Assembly: GCA_001179505.1 (NCBI GenBank)
Contig: CDMY01000454.1
Span: forward strand, 9,520-73,519
Origin: Vitrella brassicaformis CCMP3155
Taxonomy: Eukaryota; Protista; Chromerida
DNA: 64,000 nt
Direction: 5' to 3'
Every line of letters starts with the position of its first letter. The first letter of the stretch is position 1. The notes beneath the pieces were generated by a model. That model did not search any database. It worked only from the letters and a program-made list of their open reading frames with translations, and was not told where the DNA came from. The position numbers were made by a program, and so were the translations under genes. Positions 13,340-24,298 of this stretch are shown one piece after another.

Positions 13340-16300
13340 ATGTTGTATGGAATAGCTAATGCGCCGGTAGCGAAGATGAGTGCGTCAGGTCCGTCCGAGG
13401 CGGATAGCCCCGAGGCGGACGCCGCCATCGGTGAGGCCCTGACCAAAATCTACCAAAGGCAGAAGGAGGAGGGCACGGTGACGGGCCCTATCATCGTCGC
13501 AGACGGGCAGGGCGGCATCACGCACACCGACACGCAAAGCACCGAATGCATCTACCTCCCAAGGGTGGGCATCCAGTGGCAATGCCATGCATTGAGGCCA
13601 GTGCGCTTGGAATCACGCCTCTCTGTTGTGTTGTTGCTGGTGCAGGACCTGTTGCTGCTCAACATCAAGCGGCTGGTGCAGACGACGCTCGATGATCCAT
13701 CCAGACACCTGTAGGCAAAGAGAGACACCTGACGTTTCCCTCTTTCCATCTCTCTCTTGGAATGTGTGAGTGCGTGTGTGCGTGTGTGCGTGTCAGGTAT
13801 ATGTTGCTGTTTATGGAGGGCCTGAAGGCGGCGAGGCAGGACGAGTCCAAACCCACACTCTTCCAGCGATACCTATTCAGCCTCGGTACGTACGCACGGC
13901 CTCACACATGTACAGCGCACACAGCCTTTGTGTGCCATTTGTGTGTGCGGGTTGGTTTGTGTGCAGAGGAGTGCATGTGTTGGATGGCTGACCTCGACTA
14001 CGGCGCTGAGAAGGAGTCGGCGAGGTGTCTCGTGACCGACAGCATGATACAGAGCGACGCACTGCGGCTCATCTATTACGCATTCCTGGACGACAGTAGG
14101 CTTGCACAACACAAACAGACACACAAATGGATGGAAGCGGAAGCACATGTGGTGCTGATTGTGGATGGACGCATGTCATGTCATGTGTGCAGCCGAGTCT
14201 GATCGTCAGGTGTCGTGCGCGCTGATCCTTCAGGCGCTGCAGCAGGTCAACTTCACATCGCTCACACGTAAGCAACAAACGTGGCACAGAGTTCTGGGCA
14301 GAATGGTCATACGGTGCCTTGTGCTGTGCCCAATCAGCGCACTTACTGCAGATTACAGGAGGTCGGGAGCAGTTCTATGCCGACATCTCCCGTGTAGCCA
14401 TCAACGCCCGCACCAACACCGTCATGGTGCGGCCGCCGACCGACACAGCGCGCCTCCCGCCCCCATTCATTCATTTAGGACGACTGTGTGTCTGTGTGGG
14501 TCAGGTGAACCCATCGACAGGCGCCAATGTGCGGCGTGTGTGTGAGTTTGTGAATCGGGCGGCCTACACGCTGCTGACGGCCATCATGCTGGCGGAGGAG
14601 TCCATGGCCGACGGCACCGCTGCGGCCGTCTTCCACGAGGACATTCGCAACGAACTCGTTCAGCAAGGAGAAATGCTCTCACACGCTGAGGTGGCTGACA
14701 TGGATGGATGGACGGATGGACGGATGGATGGATGGACGGATGCAGTCTCCGGTCCATGGCATGCATGGATGTCTCTTTGTGTGGACGGGCGTGTGTGTCA
14801 GAGGCTTCTGGGAGGTGTTGACGTGTCGCGCAACGCGGCCATGAACTTCTTGCGTGTGTTGCACGGCGAGAACATCCCGAACGTGAAGCCCCTGCCGATG
14901 GCCGCGGTCCTGCGGCTGACCAAGCCCCTCATCGACACCGTCCTCGACTTCACCGAGAAGAGGAAATCGACCGTAGAATGGCTGTACGCCCACGCACACA
15001 TATGTCAAGACACACACGGGCGGGAGAGAGACAGACACATGGTGTGTGGTTGATGTGTGTCTGGACTGTTATCCAGGTCGTTCAGCCGCACGTTTGACGT
15101 TCACTCCTGGGCCGTGAGAACCATCGATGAAAACTTCAAAATAAGTAGGTTGCAGGGGGGCAGGAAAAGCTCACGGATGGATGGATGGATGGGTCAACTT
15201 ATGCCGTGTCGCGTCTCTTGTCTTCTGTAGAGCCGTTGGATGAGTTTGTGGCCGAGTACACGGCAGCGCTGGAAGAGCACGTGTACCCCCATGTGGGCAG
15301 GCTGGCTGGCGTCCTCGCCTCAGACACGGCCGACGGCAACCTCAAGTGGTCCGCAACTATGCTCCAGGGCATCTGCCACTCATACCAACTCGACCGTGAG
15401 TAAAGGCCAGACCAGAAGAGACCAGCGGGAAAGCACACCCGTGTTGTGTCGGTGGGTGGTGTGTGCAGTGTGCACACGTCAGAAGGTGGAGACGCCAGGA
15501 GCAGCAGCTCGCGCTCGGCTGAAGCGCATGGCAGACAACAGCAAGGCTCTCAAGGCCTTAGCATCCTCACTCAAGGTAAATAGATGCAAAGACGCAGCAA
15601 CACGCCCAGCCCACATCAAACCAAACGAGTGTCACCTCACCCGTGCATCTGCAGCTGCGAGGCCCCACAGGTCCGCCCTGGTTTCCCATCCACGGCGGAG
15701 CACTTGACGCCCTAGTTCCCAACTACACCACCCACCTGATCGCAGCATCCACCATACTCGTCATACGTACAAGGCAACACACCCACACACAATCCGTCCA
15801 GACGGTGAGCATGTCTGTCGTCGATGCAATGCAATGCAGACGGGCCAGATGCGGACCCGGCCATTCAGCAAGCGTTCCTGTCTGCCGTGCTGACCATCAT
15901 ACGGGACGGGCGGCTGGACGGCCTCACAGGTGAGCCTCAGGTGCACCTGCGGCTGCTGGAGATCATTCCCACACTCATCAAGGGCAACGAACGGGTAACA
16001 TACACACATACACAAACACACACTGGATGCGGGATAGGGAGGAGGCTTTGGTGGTTGGTTCACTCACTCGGTTGTGGTGTCAGTATGCGGTTCGTGAGGG
16101 TGTAGTGGAGGTGCTATGCAACCTGCTACTGAAGCAGCACATACCCACAGATACGATATGCGACCTCCTCGACTCACTCGTCAGGTACGTGAAGGGGCGC
16201 CTGCACATGCCAAGGCACATGCCGACACGTCACGCATGGCGGTTCCAAGGCTGGTGGCCTTTGGTTATGTGTGTCCTGTTGCCCCAGCTACGGCAACCAG

Positions 16301-17866
16301 GTTTCTGAACAGCGCGGGGGCAACAACGCCGTCATCCGACAAATCCTACAGGTCCAGAAAGAAATGAAGGAGATCTCTCCCTCTCTGCGGGTGTGGTGTG
16401 TTGAAATGGAGTGCATGATTTTCTGCAGATGGGTGCGGTCAAGCGGATGCGTCAGCCGGGCAAGAGGGGCAAGGCAGGCGCGCAGCTCAACGCTCCAAAA
16501 AGGGTGAGCTCACCCCAGCCCACCACACGCATACCCCACCCCGTCAGGAACCATCATTCCCACTCGTGTGTGGTGTGCATGTTATGTCATGCAGGTGATG
16601 GATTTCTTTGCCAAGATCGAGGCAGAGGAGAACGACAGGACCGATCGCATCATTGAGAAGACAGGGCTGCTCGACAACCATCGCACCACCAGTGGCAACG
16701 GCGATAGCGCCGCAAGCCCCGCACGCAGTGACGACTCCGAACCGCCTGCCGCCAAGCGGAAGGGCGGCAAGGGCAAGGGCGGCAACGGGGGCGGGCCTCG
16801 CATCTCACCCCCACCTGCCGCTACTATGGTTACGGAGAAGACCCCATCAGTGGCGACTGAGTGAGAACGAGAGAATGCTCTGCTGACGGCTGATCGCCTT
16901 GACATATCATGATTCCATTGCAGGTGCCGTGGGAATGAGGAGGGAGCGGAGGATGCTGGCCGCACTCGGAAGCCTCCTGTGGACATTCCGCCTCAGTGCG
17001 CAATTTCGAGCAGCGAAATCATTCGTTTATCGGTCGTGTCTCCTGTGATTGATCTCAGGAAGGTGTCTCTGTTGGGTGTGGCGCCAGCTGATGGTCCCAA
17101 AGTAGATAGAGGGGTGCCCCCGCCCTCCCGTCCATACGCGGCAGCCACCATGCGGCGCGCGCAGTTCCCGCTGACAGCAGCAAAAGGGTGGGCCACATCA
17201 AAAACATGGGTGAGACCAACCATCGACTGCGTGGATACGTGCAGGGGTCCGGAGGGGTCTGATGGGGTGGAGCGTTTGAATGCGGCCCATCCTACTGGGG
17301 GTGATGGTGGTGCTGCGGGCGGTAGTATTGTCGAAGACAGGTACACACACGACAGAAATCCGCGATGTGCGTGAGTATATGGTGTCCATCTTGTGTGTAT
17401 GTGCAGGGAGCTGCAGGATGAGAGTGACGTAGACGTGTTGAGGCAGCGACTTAGGGAGAAGGAGGCGGAAGCCCTCAGGTGGCGCACCCATCCACTCGCA
17501 CACAGCACATGTGCTGCATAGATGTCTGTCTCTATCAATCCCTGTTGTCTGCCCAGGCTGGCTGCCAGACTGCAGGAGTTGAAGGAAGACAACCACGACG
17601 CATCGGCCTCCAAGTCAGATTAGCGAGCAATACAATACAATACATGGCACAACGACACCCGCACCTGCGGCTGCTTGTGTCGATGTTTGTATGCATGTAG
17701 GCTTGCGGCTGAGTTGTCGTGTCTGAGTACTGTGGACGAGGTGACGGTCTTTTCCCAGCGGCTCATCCAGCGCCAGATGGTGCTCTCGGAGAGCGTAGCG
17801 CGGCTGCAGAGCCTCGCCATTCAGACGCAGAGGCGACTGGCGGAGGTGCGCAACGCCCGCCAGTAG
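13340..17866 (+). CDS. Large multi-exon hypothetical protein, mostly alpha-helical (ARM/HEAT-like) with C-terminal coiled coil
   Basis: Chain of ~20 GT-AG-bounded exons with G/C-ending codons (e.g. AAYTLLTAIMLAEES, FLSAVLTIIRDG, VEVLCNLLLKQHIP, RLQSLAIQTQRRLAEVRNARQ*). No family recognised. Confidence 0.6.
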
Positions 17867-18274
17867 CAATAGCTACAATGCAGACTGAGGATCGAAAGGA
17901 GAGTTGCATCACGGAGGAAGGTGGGGCGTCCTGGCCTTTTGGCAAGCTGTTGGCGTGTAGTGAGACATGTATGTACATGATGCCATGGCTGAGAGACAGA
18001 GAAACACATTCCTTTGCTTTCTCAATTCAATTGACGAGCGTGAATTGAAAGCTTGACCAAGGTCGTCCATAAATGTACGTCTGTTCGTCTGCTTCATGCG
18101 CCCCCCCCCATGTCTCGTATACGCATCCACGGACGGAGGACAAACAACCAACGGATGTAAAATGTAGGCAGCGATGCTGCACGGGCGCACCCCTTCGTAT
18201 CATATATCCACCACTGTCTTGGCACCCTCTCCCGTTACCGGTAACGCCGATCGATTACAAAAAGTCGACAGACG

Positions 18275-18353
18275 GGATGGGCCGCTACGCCGCTTTCCAA
18301 ACAGGATGGGCCGCTACTCAAACAGGATGGGCCGCTACGCCGCTTCTCAAACA
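18275..18353. repeat. Three copies of GGATGGGCCGCTAC (18275, 18304, 18325)
   Basis: Read directly; lies between two convergent gene ends. Confidence 0.85.
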
Positions 18354-18442
18354 ACACGAATGGGATCTCTTAGGCATACGGTAGGGATCTGTCCGCTAAG
18401 GACGTGTTCGGCCCACACACACTGCGATGGTATCCCTCCTGT

Positions 18443-20830
18443 CTACGGCTCCTCCTCCTCGTTGTCGCCGTCGCCCTCTTCCTGCTCGGCCGCTGCTGCA
18501 GGTGCTCACACGCCTCTGGGGCGCGGGTCGGCCCGTGGGCACTTATGGCCAGCAGCTCCTTGTCGGTAAGCTGTGAGGGCGGCTTGGCGGTCGGCGCCAC
18601 AGCGGCGGGGATTCCCTTGTTATACTCTGTGACCGTGATATCCCTAGGCACGCCCACTCCTGCAGGCATGTGTCACACACAGCGAGAGACACAAAAGTAG
18701 AGAGAAATGCGAGTTTGTGAGTCAGCTGCTGACTGATATGCATACCCAGGCGACTGAGATCCTGTGTGAGGCGTTCGTACAGCTCCACGCTGAGGTACTC
18801 AGTCCAGTAGGCCTCGCTGATCGGAACGAACGGCCGCACCACCTGTGTGCATCCGCGACACACAGCAGCGACAATGTTGCATACGTGTCTGTCGGCCTCC
18901 ACAGCCAGCTGCTGGCTTGGCGTGTTACCTGTTCTCCCTTGTCGTTCGTTCCCGCCAGCACCGGCTGTGCCAGGAGAGAGTTGATCTCATCCATCAGCAG
19001 CTCCGGCAGCTGGCGGGGGAACGGACCTCGGCAGCTGGTGCGGATGTGCTCCACCACCTGACACACACACCACAAAGGACAGCGTCCATCTATGCCCGTG
19101 GGCGAATGTGAGTTTCTCGTGGCACTCACTCACCTGGTGTAGGTCGTTGTCGCATGACTGCACGATGCCCATGGCCTTCTGCCAGCTCGTAAAGAACTGC
19201 GGCACCGATTGGCCCCCGCTAATCGTGGCCGACACGAGGAACCCAACTGATGGATGGATGAGACACAGCCAGCAGACGGACAGAGACACCACGCACACAA
19301 TGTCATAGGTGGACGACTGAGTGGATGCGTCCACGACAAATCAATCACGTGTGCCTTGGATCCTTACACAGGGAGAGGGCGGGGTACTTCTCCTTGATGT
19401 ACTCATAGACCTGCAGGCGATGGATTAAACACAAGACCAGAAGACATACACAAGTGGGCGTCTAATGGTGTGTGCGCATGTCCTTGTGTGTTGGTGTGTG
19501 CATACCTTGTAGGGGTCTGTGAGGTCGCACTTGCCCTTGATGCTGGGCTGTGTGCCGAGCTGCAGCCAGAAATACACACACACACACACAGACAGAGAGA
19601 GAGAGAGAGATAAAGACACAGCAACACGCCTTGGCTGCGTCAAGACTTACACGCAGCCGCTTTAGTGTCTCGAGCTCTTGCCTGCAGTCCTCCCCCCTCT
19701 CTATGCGCATCGCCGCCACCATGATGAGAATAATAATAATAATGATTATGCTGCAGTCAGTGCGTCAGGAACAGACACACACACACCGTTCACGACAACC
19801 AACGATGCACACATGGACGATGGACACGACTTGGCGCTTCACTTACATGCCATTGCAGCACCAGATGATGATGATGATGATGATTATGATGATGATTATC
19901 TTCTTTTTCTTTTTCTTCTTCGCGGCCATTTCCTCGTCGCCCTGCTCCCCGCCGTCGATGGGCTCCTCCTCCTCGTCCACTTCCACCTCCCTCTCCTCCA
20001 CCGACCAGTCGATGGCCATGCCATGGCGAGTGGCCTCGTCGAGGAGCTGTTGCTCGGCAGCCCCGCCGGCGAATTCTAGAGTCATTTTCTCCTCTAGGCC
20101 CTGCTTCTGAATCTCCTGCACAAACCACACACACACACACACAACACACAAAATCGTATAAAGTGCTGGCGGCGTGCTTGCGGTATTCACCTCGATCAGC
20201 TGGTGTGCATTCGTGTATTTGGTCGGCCTTCGATCCCTCGTATACCGGCGCTGGCCCTTGGTGTATAGGAGGTCCTTCTCGGCGCCTTGGCACGGTCCAC
20301 CGTCACGTGCTGCACACAGCCAGCGACGAGCCAAACAAGAGGCGAAGGGACAAGAGTGTCCACAAAGGGCTGTCTGGCCAGGCTGGTTGAGTGACCTACC
20401 ACCGTCGCCTTCTCCTGCTTCATCTGCGGACCGAACAGGTGGGTGATGTCCTTGGCGTAGCCGTTGCTGTCGTATTTGGAGCCCGCCCTCGTCTGCGCCA
20501 CCTTGAAGGAGTGGCTTGCCTCCTGAATCCATGAGTGACAACACAACGCCACACACGATGAGTGAGAGTGAGACCCATGCAACACATGCAGTCGCCCTCG
20601 CTTACGTCATAGAACTGCACTGGATGTGCGCCGGGGATATTGCCCATGTCATGGCGCTGCTTGGCGCCAGCCAAGACGAACAGGCTATGGTCCGTCCGAT
20701 TGCCCTTCTCCTTCTGATATCGCTCGATGATGCCCCTATCCTCAAATTCCCGCTCCCTCTCCGCTAGGCGTCACCCTCACAGCTCTGCGTGGCGCTGTTC
20801 GGGTGGTGGTGTGTCGCTGCCGTCGGGCAT
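18443..20830 (-). CDS. Multi-exon hypothetical protein containing an acidic stretch, poly-Lys and poly-Ile
   Basis: Exons EASHSFKVAQTRAG.., EIQKQGLEEKMTLEF..EEMAAKKKKKKKIIIIIIIIIIII, LGTQPSIKGKCDLTDPYK, VYEYIKEKYPALSL, VVRPFVPISEAYWTEYL, ending ..NEEEEP*. The 5' end is uncertain. Confidence 0.55.
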
Positions 20831-20997
20831 GCTTGCGAGTGTCAGCAAATGACGGCAAGACAAACCACAAACGAGGATGCGGCGGCGAAGAGATGGAGCG
20901 AGAAAAAGAGAAAAAAAGACAAGTCGAGACGGTCTCTAAGCGCGTAATTCTCGACCGGCCACAGTGACCTTTCCCCCTTCACATTCTCAGCAGCATC

Positions 20998-23788
20998 ATG
21001 GATGTGCATCAGATGGGCAGGCAACCGCCACAGACAAACTTCTTTCATCAGATCTGACGATTGTCTTCCATTCTCGTGTGAGACTGTACAGGTCAGGGAG
21101 GGTACGCGAGCAGTTGAGGAGGGCCTGCGGCACCTGCAGGAGCTCAGCACAACGGTGTGCCTGCCTACCCGCCTGCCTGCACGAAACAAGCACTCTGTGT
21201 GTCTTCCTTGCAGCTTGGCGCGGTGCGGTCTCATTTTGAGCAAGCGCAGCCTCCCAGCCTCTCTGGACAGGTACGTCACACACACTGCTGCATCGCTCTC
21301 GCACATCGCTGCTGTTGTTTTGCACAGGCGCCGTCGGCCACCTCACTGGAACTTCATGTGCAGCGTGCCCTCGTCAGCTCCCACGTCGCCACAGCACAGT
21401 CGCAGCTCACGCGCACACATGAGGACGTGTCGCGGGTGGTGGATGCACTCAAGCCGATCCTGGCGGCCGCACCCAACCCCGCCACTCAGGATGATGCCGT
21501 GGTGCGCACAGCAGATGGCCGCAGCACGACACTCTCTCTGGGTGTTCATCGTTGGTCCTTGTTGCTCTGTGGTTTGCAGGCCCCTGCAGTGAAGCGCCCG
21601 TCATTTCGCCTCGTCTACAGAAGCGGCAACCCTCCACTTGTCAACCAAGGACACCAAGGACCGGCAAGAACGACCCCATGATACATCTAAACCAGCTCGA
21701 CCTTACTTTTATGTCATGTTGGTTGTCACTTCAGGCCCGTCGTCGTCTGTCGCGCGACGAGTTGGCAAACATGCTCGGCCACCTGCAGCCCTGGGAGCTG
21801 GCGCCACACTGCCGGCGTCTCGGCACGCCCCTCTTCCATCAGTCGGCCGCCAACTACACCCACCTGGTCATCGACTGTGAGGACGACACGGCGCGGCGCA
21901 TGTGGGCGGCCATGCCGCTGGCCGTGGCACACAACTGGGGAGAGAGGGCGACAAACGTCCGAGAGATCAGGCACCGGTATCCCAGTCGTCGAGAGGGCTG
22001 GTGCCGCGGGACCTGGGTGGCCGTGGTGGAGGGCCACGGGCGTGGCTGGGCGGCCATCGCAGAGAAGAAACGACGAGAGAGGGAGGGAGCGGAGGGGACA
22101 GCTGACGCTGCTGCGGTGGCGCAGGATGATGGCGGCCCCAGATTGGCTGACGAGGGCACATTGGAGGTGCTGTCCTTCGAGGAGGTCAAGCTCGACGACA
22201 GCATTGACATCCCCTACCCTCCCCCCTCATCTCTTCCGCCCCCCGCCCCCACCGCCCCAATCCACCTGCCGGCACTCAAGACGGTCGACAACATTCCCAC
22301 CTTTTCCCTGGCTTCTCGTGTGGGCCGCCAGTGGCGCACCCCTGCCGTCAAGACGCTCATCACCAGGGACATTTCGGTGGCTAGTGGTCTAAGGGCATGG
22401 CTGGCTCACTGCGAGGCCATTGAAGTGCTGCACCTCAACGGACGGGACGCCAGTACGGCGGCCAGCGCGCTGAGTGGGCTGCCCGCCGACGGGAAGTCGT
22501 TGGCGGCGCTTCGTACACTCCGGGGCGTCCGGATGTATTGGAGCATCCCCGCCGCCATCGACAGGCTGCGTGAGGTGATGGTGGCGAGGGGCGTCAGCAG
22601 GTCCATTCGGGAGCTCGAGATCGGCATGGGGTGGATGCCGAGCACTGATGAGACTGTGGAGTGCTCGCAGAACGTCGCACGGCTCATGTAAGGACACAAC
22701 AGAGAGAGAGAGAGAGAGGCTGCAGAGAGACGGTGCAATTCATTCCTGTGCTTTGCCTTCGATCAGTGACGCCATTGCTCGTCACGAGGCAGTGGAGAAG
22801 GGCGTCTTCGCACTCAACAACGACGGCACGTGTGGACGGATTGACGCGGAGCTCCTCTCGCGCAGCAGCACCGGCCCCGCCGCCGCTCAGCAGCTCATTC
22901 GCGACTTCGCCAAGAGAGCCGGCATGGTGAACTACAGCGGAGATGACGAGGCCATCCCTGCAGCCATCACCGATGACACATTCCCCGCCGCCCACTCCCT
23001 GCTGCTGCTCAGCGATGCCCTCGCCAATGGGGCCAAGAAGAAGCGGGCAGTCGAGATCGCCTCCCACATGCCCAGCCTGTCGTGCGTCGACGAAGGGGAT
23101 GCTGCTGGGGACGGCGTGGTGCTGGATGCACCCGTCGGTGACCTGTGGAGCTTCCTCGAGCGGCTGCACGTGGAGTTGGTCAGGAGGGGCAAGGAGAGGA
23201 GCCTTACCCTGGGCCTCTGGCTGAGTCCTGCCGCATTCACCGCTTCCATGGAGGACCTCGCGAACCCCTGCCTGTGGGGGTGAGACTCTGACAAGCTGCC
23301 GCCGATCGAGACAGTGTACGTCAATATCGATGGTGAGCTCACCAACCATCGTATTGGGACGGCCATTGGCCCTGGCATTTGCGTATGGTGTATGTGTCTA
23401 TTCGTTTCAGGCATTGAAGACGATGATCGGCATAAAGAGGATGCCGAATTGGAGACACTCTACCGGCATGTGATGGCCATGATCACGTCCTTCAACCAAA
23501 AGCTCAAGGTGAGCCACAGTGCACGGTGCGCCCAGGTGTCAGTCAGCAGGCTGCAGGGCAATGTGTGTGTGCGTCTTTGACCGCTCCTGGCTGAATGAAT
23601 GACAGGGCCACAAGAAGACCTGTGTGAGTTTGCTCGGCAATGACCTGGGGTCCGACTTTGAGCGGCGCTTCCTGGATCAGCAGGCCTCTATCAACAACAG
23701 CGGCGGAGCATACGAGTTTAGCATCGCTCGCTCCGGCCTGCGTGTCGAGCGCCGTGATGCCGCTGGTCAATCAAATGGCTCTTCGTAG
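20998..23788 (+). pseudogene. F-box/LRR-like family copy A, in-frame TGA at 23281-23283
   Basis: Core exon RRRLSRDELANMLGHLQPWEL..YTHLVIDCEDDTARRMW is homologous to copies B and C. PCLWG*DSDKLPPIETV aligns with PCLWDRGIGQLPPIDEV in B. The first donor appears to read CAG|AT instead of CAG|GT. Confidence 0.7.
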
Positions 23789-24298
23789 GTAAGAAGAAGC
23801 GCATCTCACACACCAGCCGCCCAGCTGCCCGCCGACGTGTCTGTCTGTCTGTCTGTGTTCCGTCAGATTAATATCGGGCAGCACAGACAGGCCGGTGCTG
23901 TAGCTGGTAGCCGCCAACCGATGTGTGGATGCTGCGTGAGAAGGCTGCTGACGGCGTGGCGCGGGATGAATGTCCGTGTGGTGCATAGGAGAGGCACTCA
24001 CTCACGGCCGTCAGACACTGGATGGACAGCGGGTGTTGGTGTGTGTGCGGCCGTCATCTGTCTGATGGCTTCACGATGATGCTTTTCGTCAGTGTCTGCT
24101 TCGGCGGATTTGTATACGAAACCATCCACTAATTCCATTCGCCAAGAGGCACTCCTGGCCAACCACGGCGAGGTTCTGCAAGCTCAAACAACACCCTTCC
24201 CCGCAATTTCAATCGGCGCACCGGTCGATTGCTGCCGCCTTTGTTGCTTGATAGTTCTGTGTCTGGTTTTCCCTCGCCAGCACACGTGGCCGTCCTCC

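Noticed and set aside
18275-18353. CRISPR-like array
   Set aside because: Only three 14-nt repeats with 7-15-nt non-unique spacers, no cas genes, eukaryotic context.
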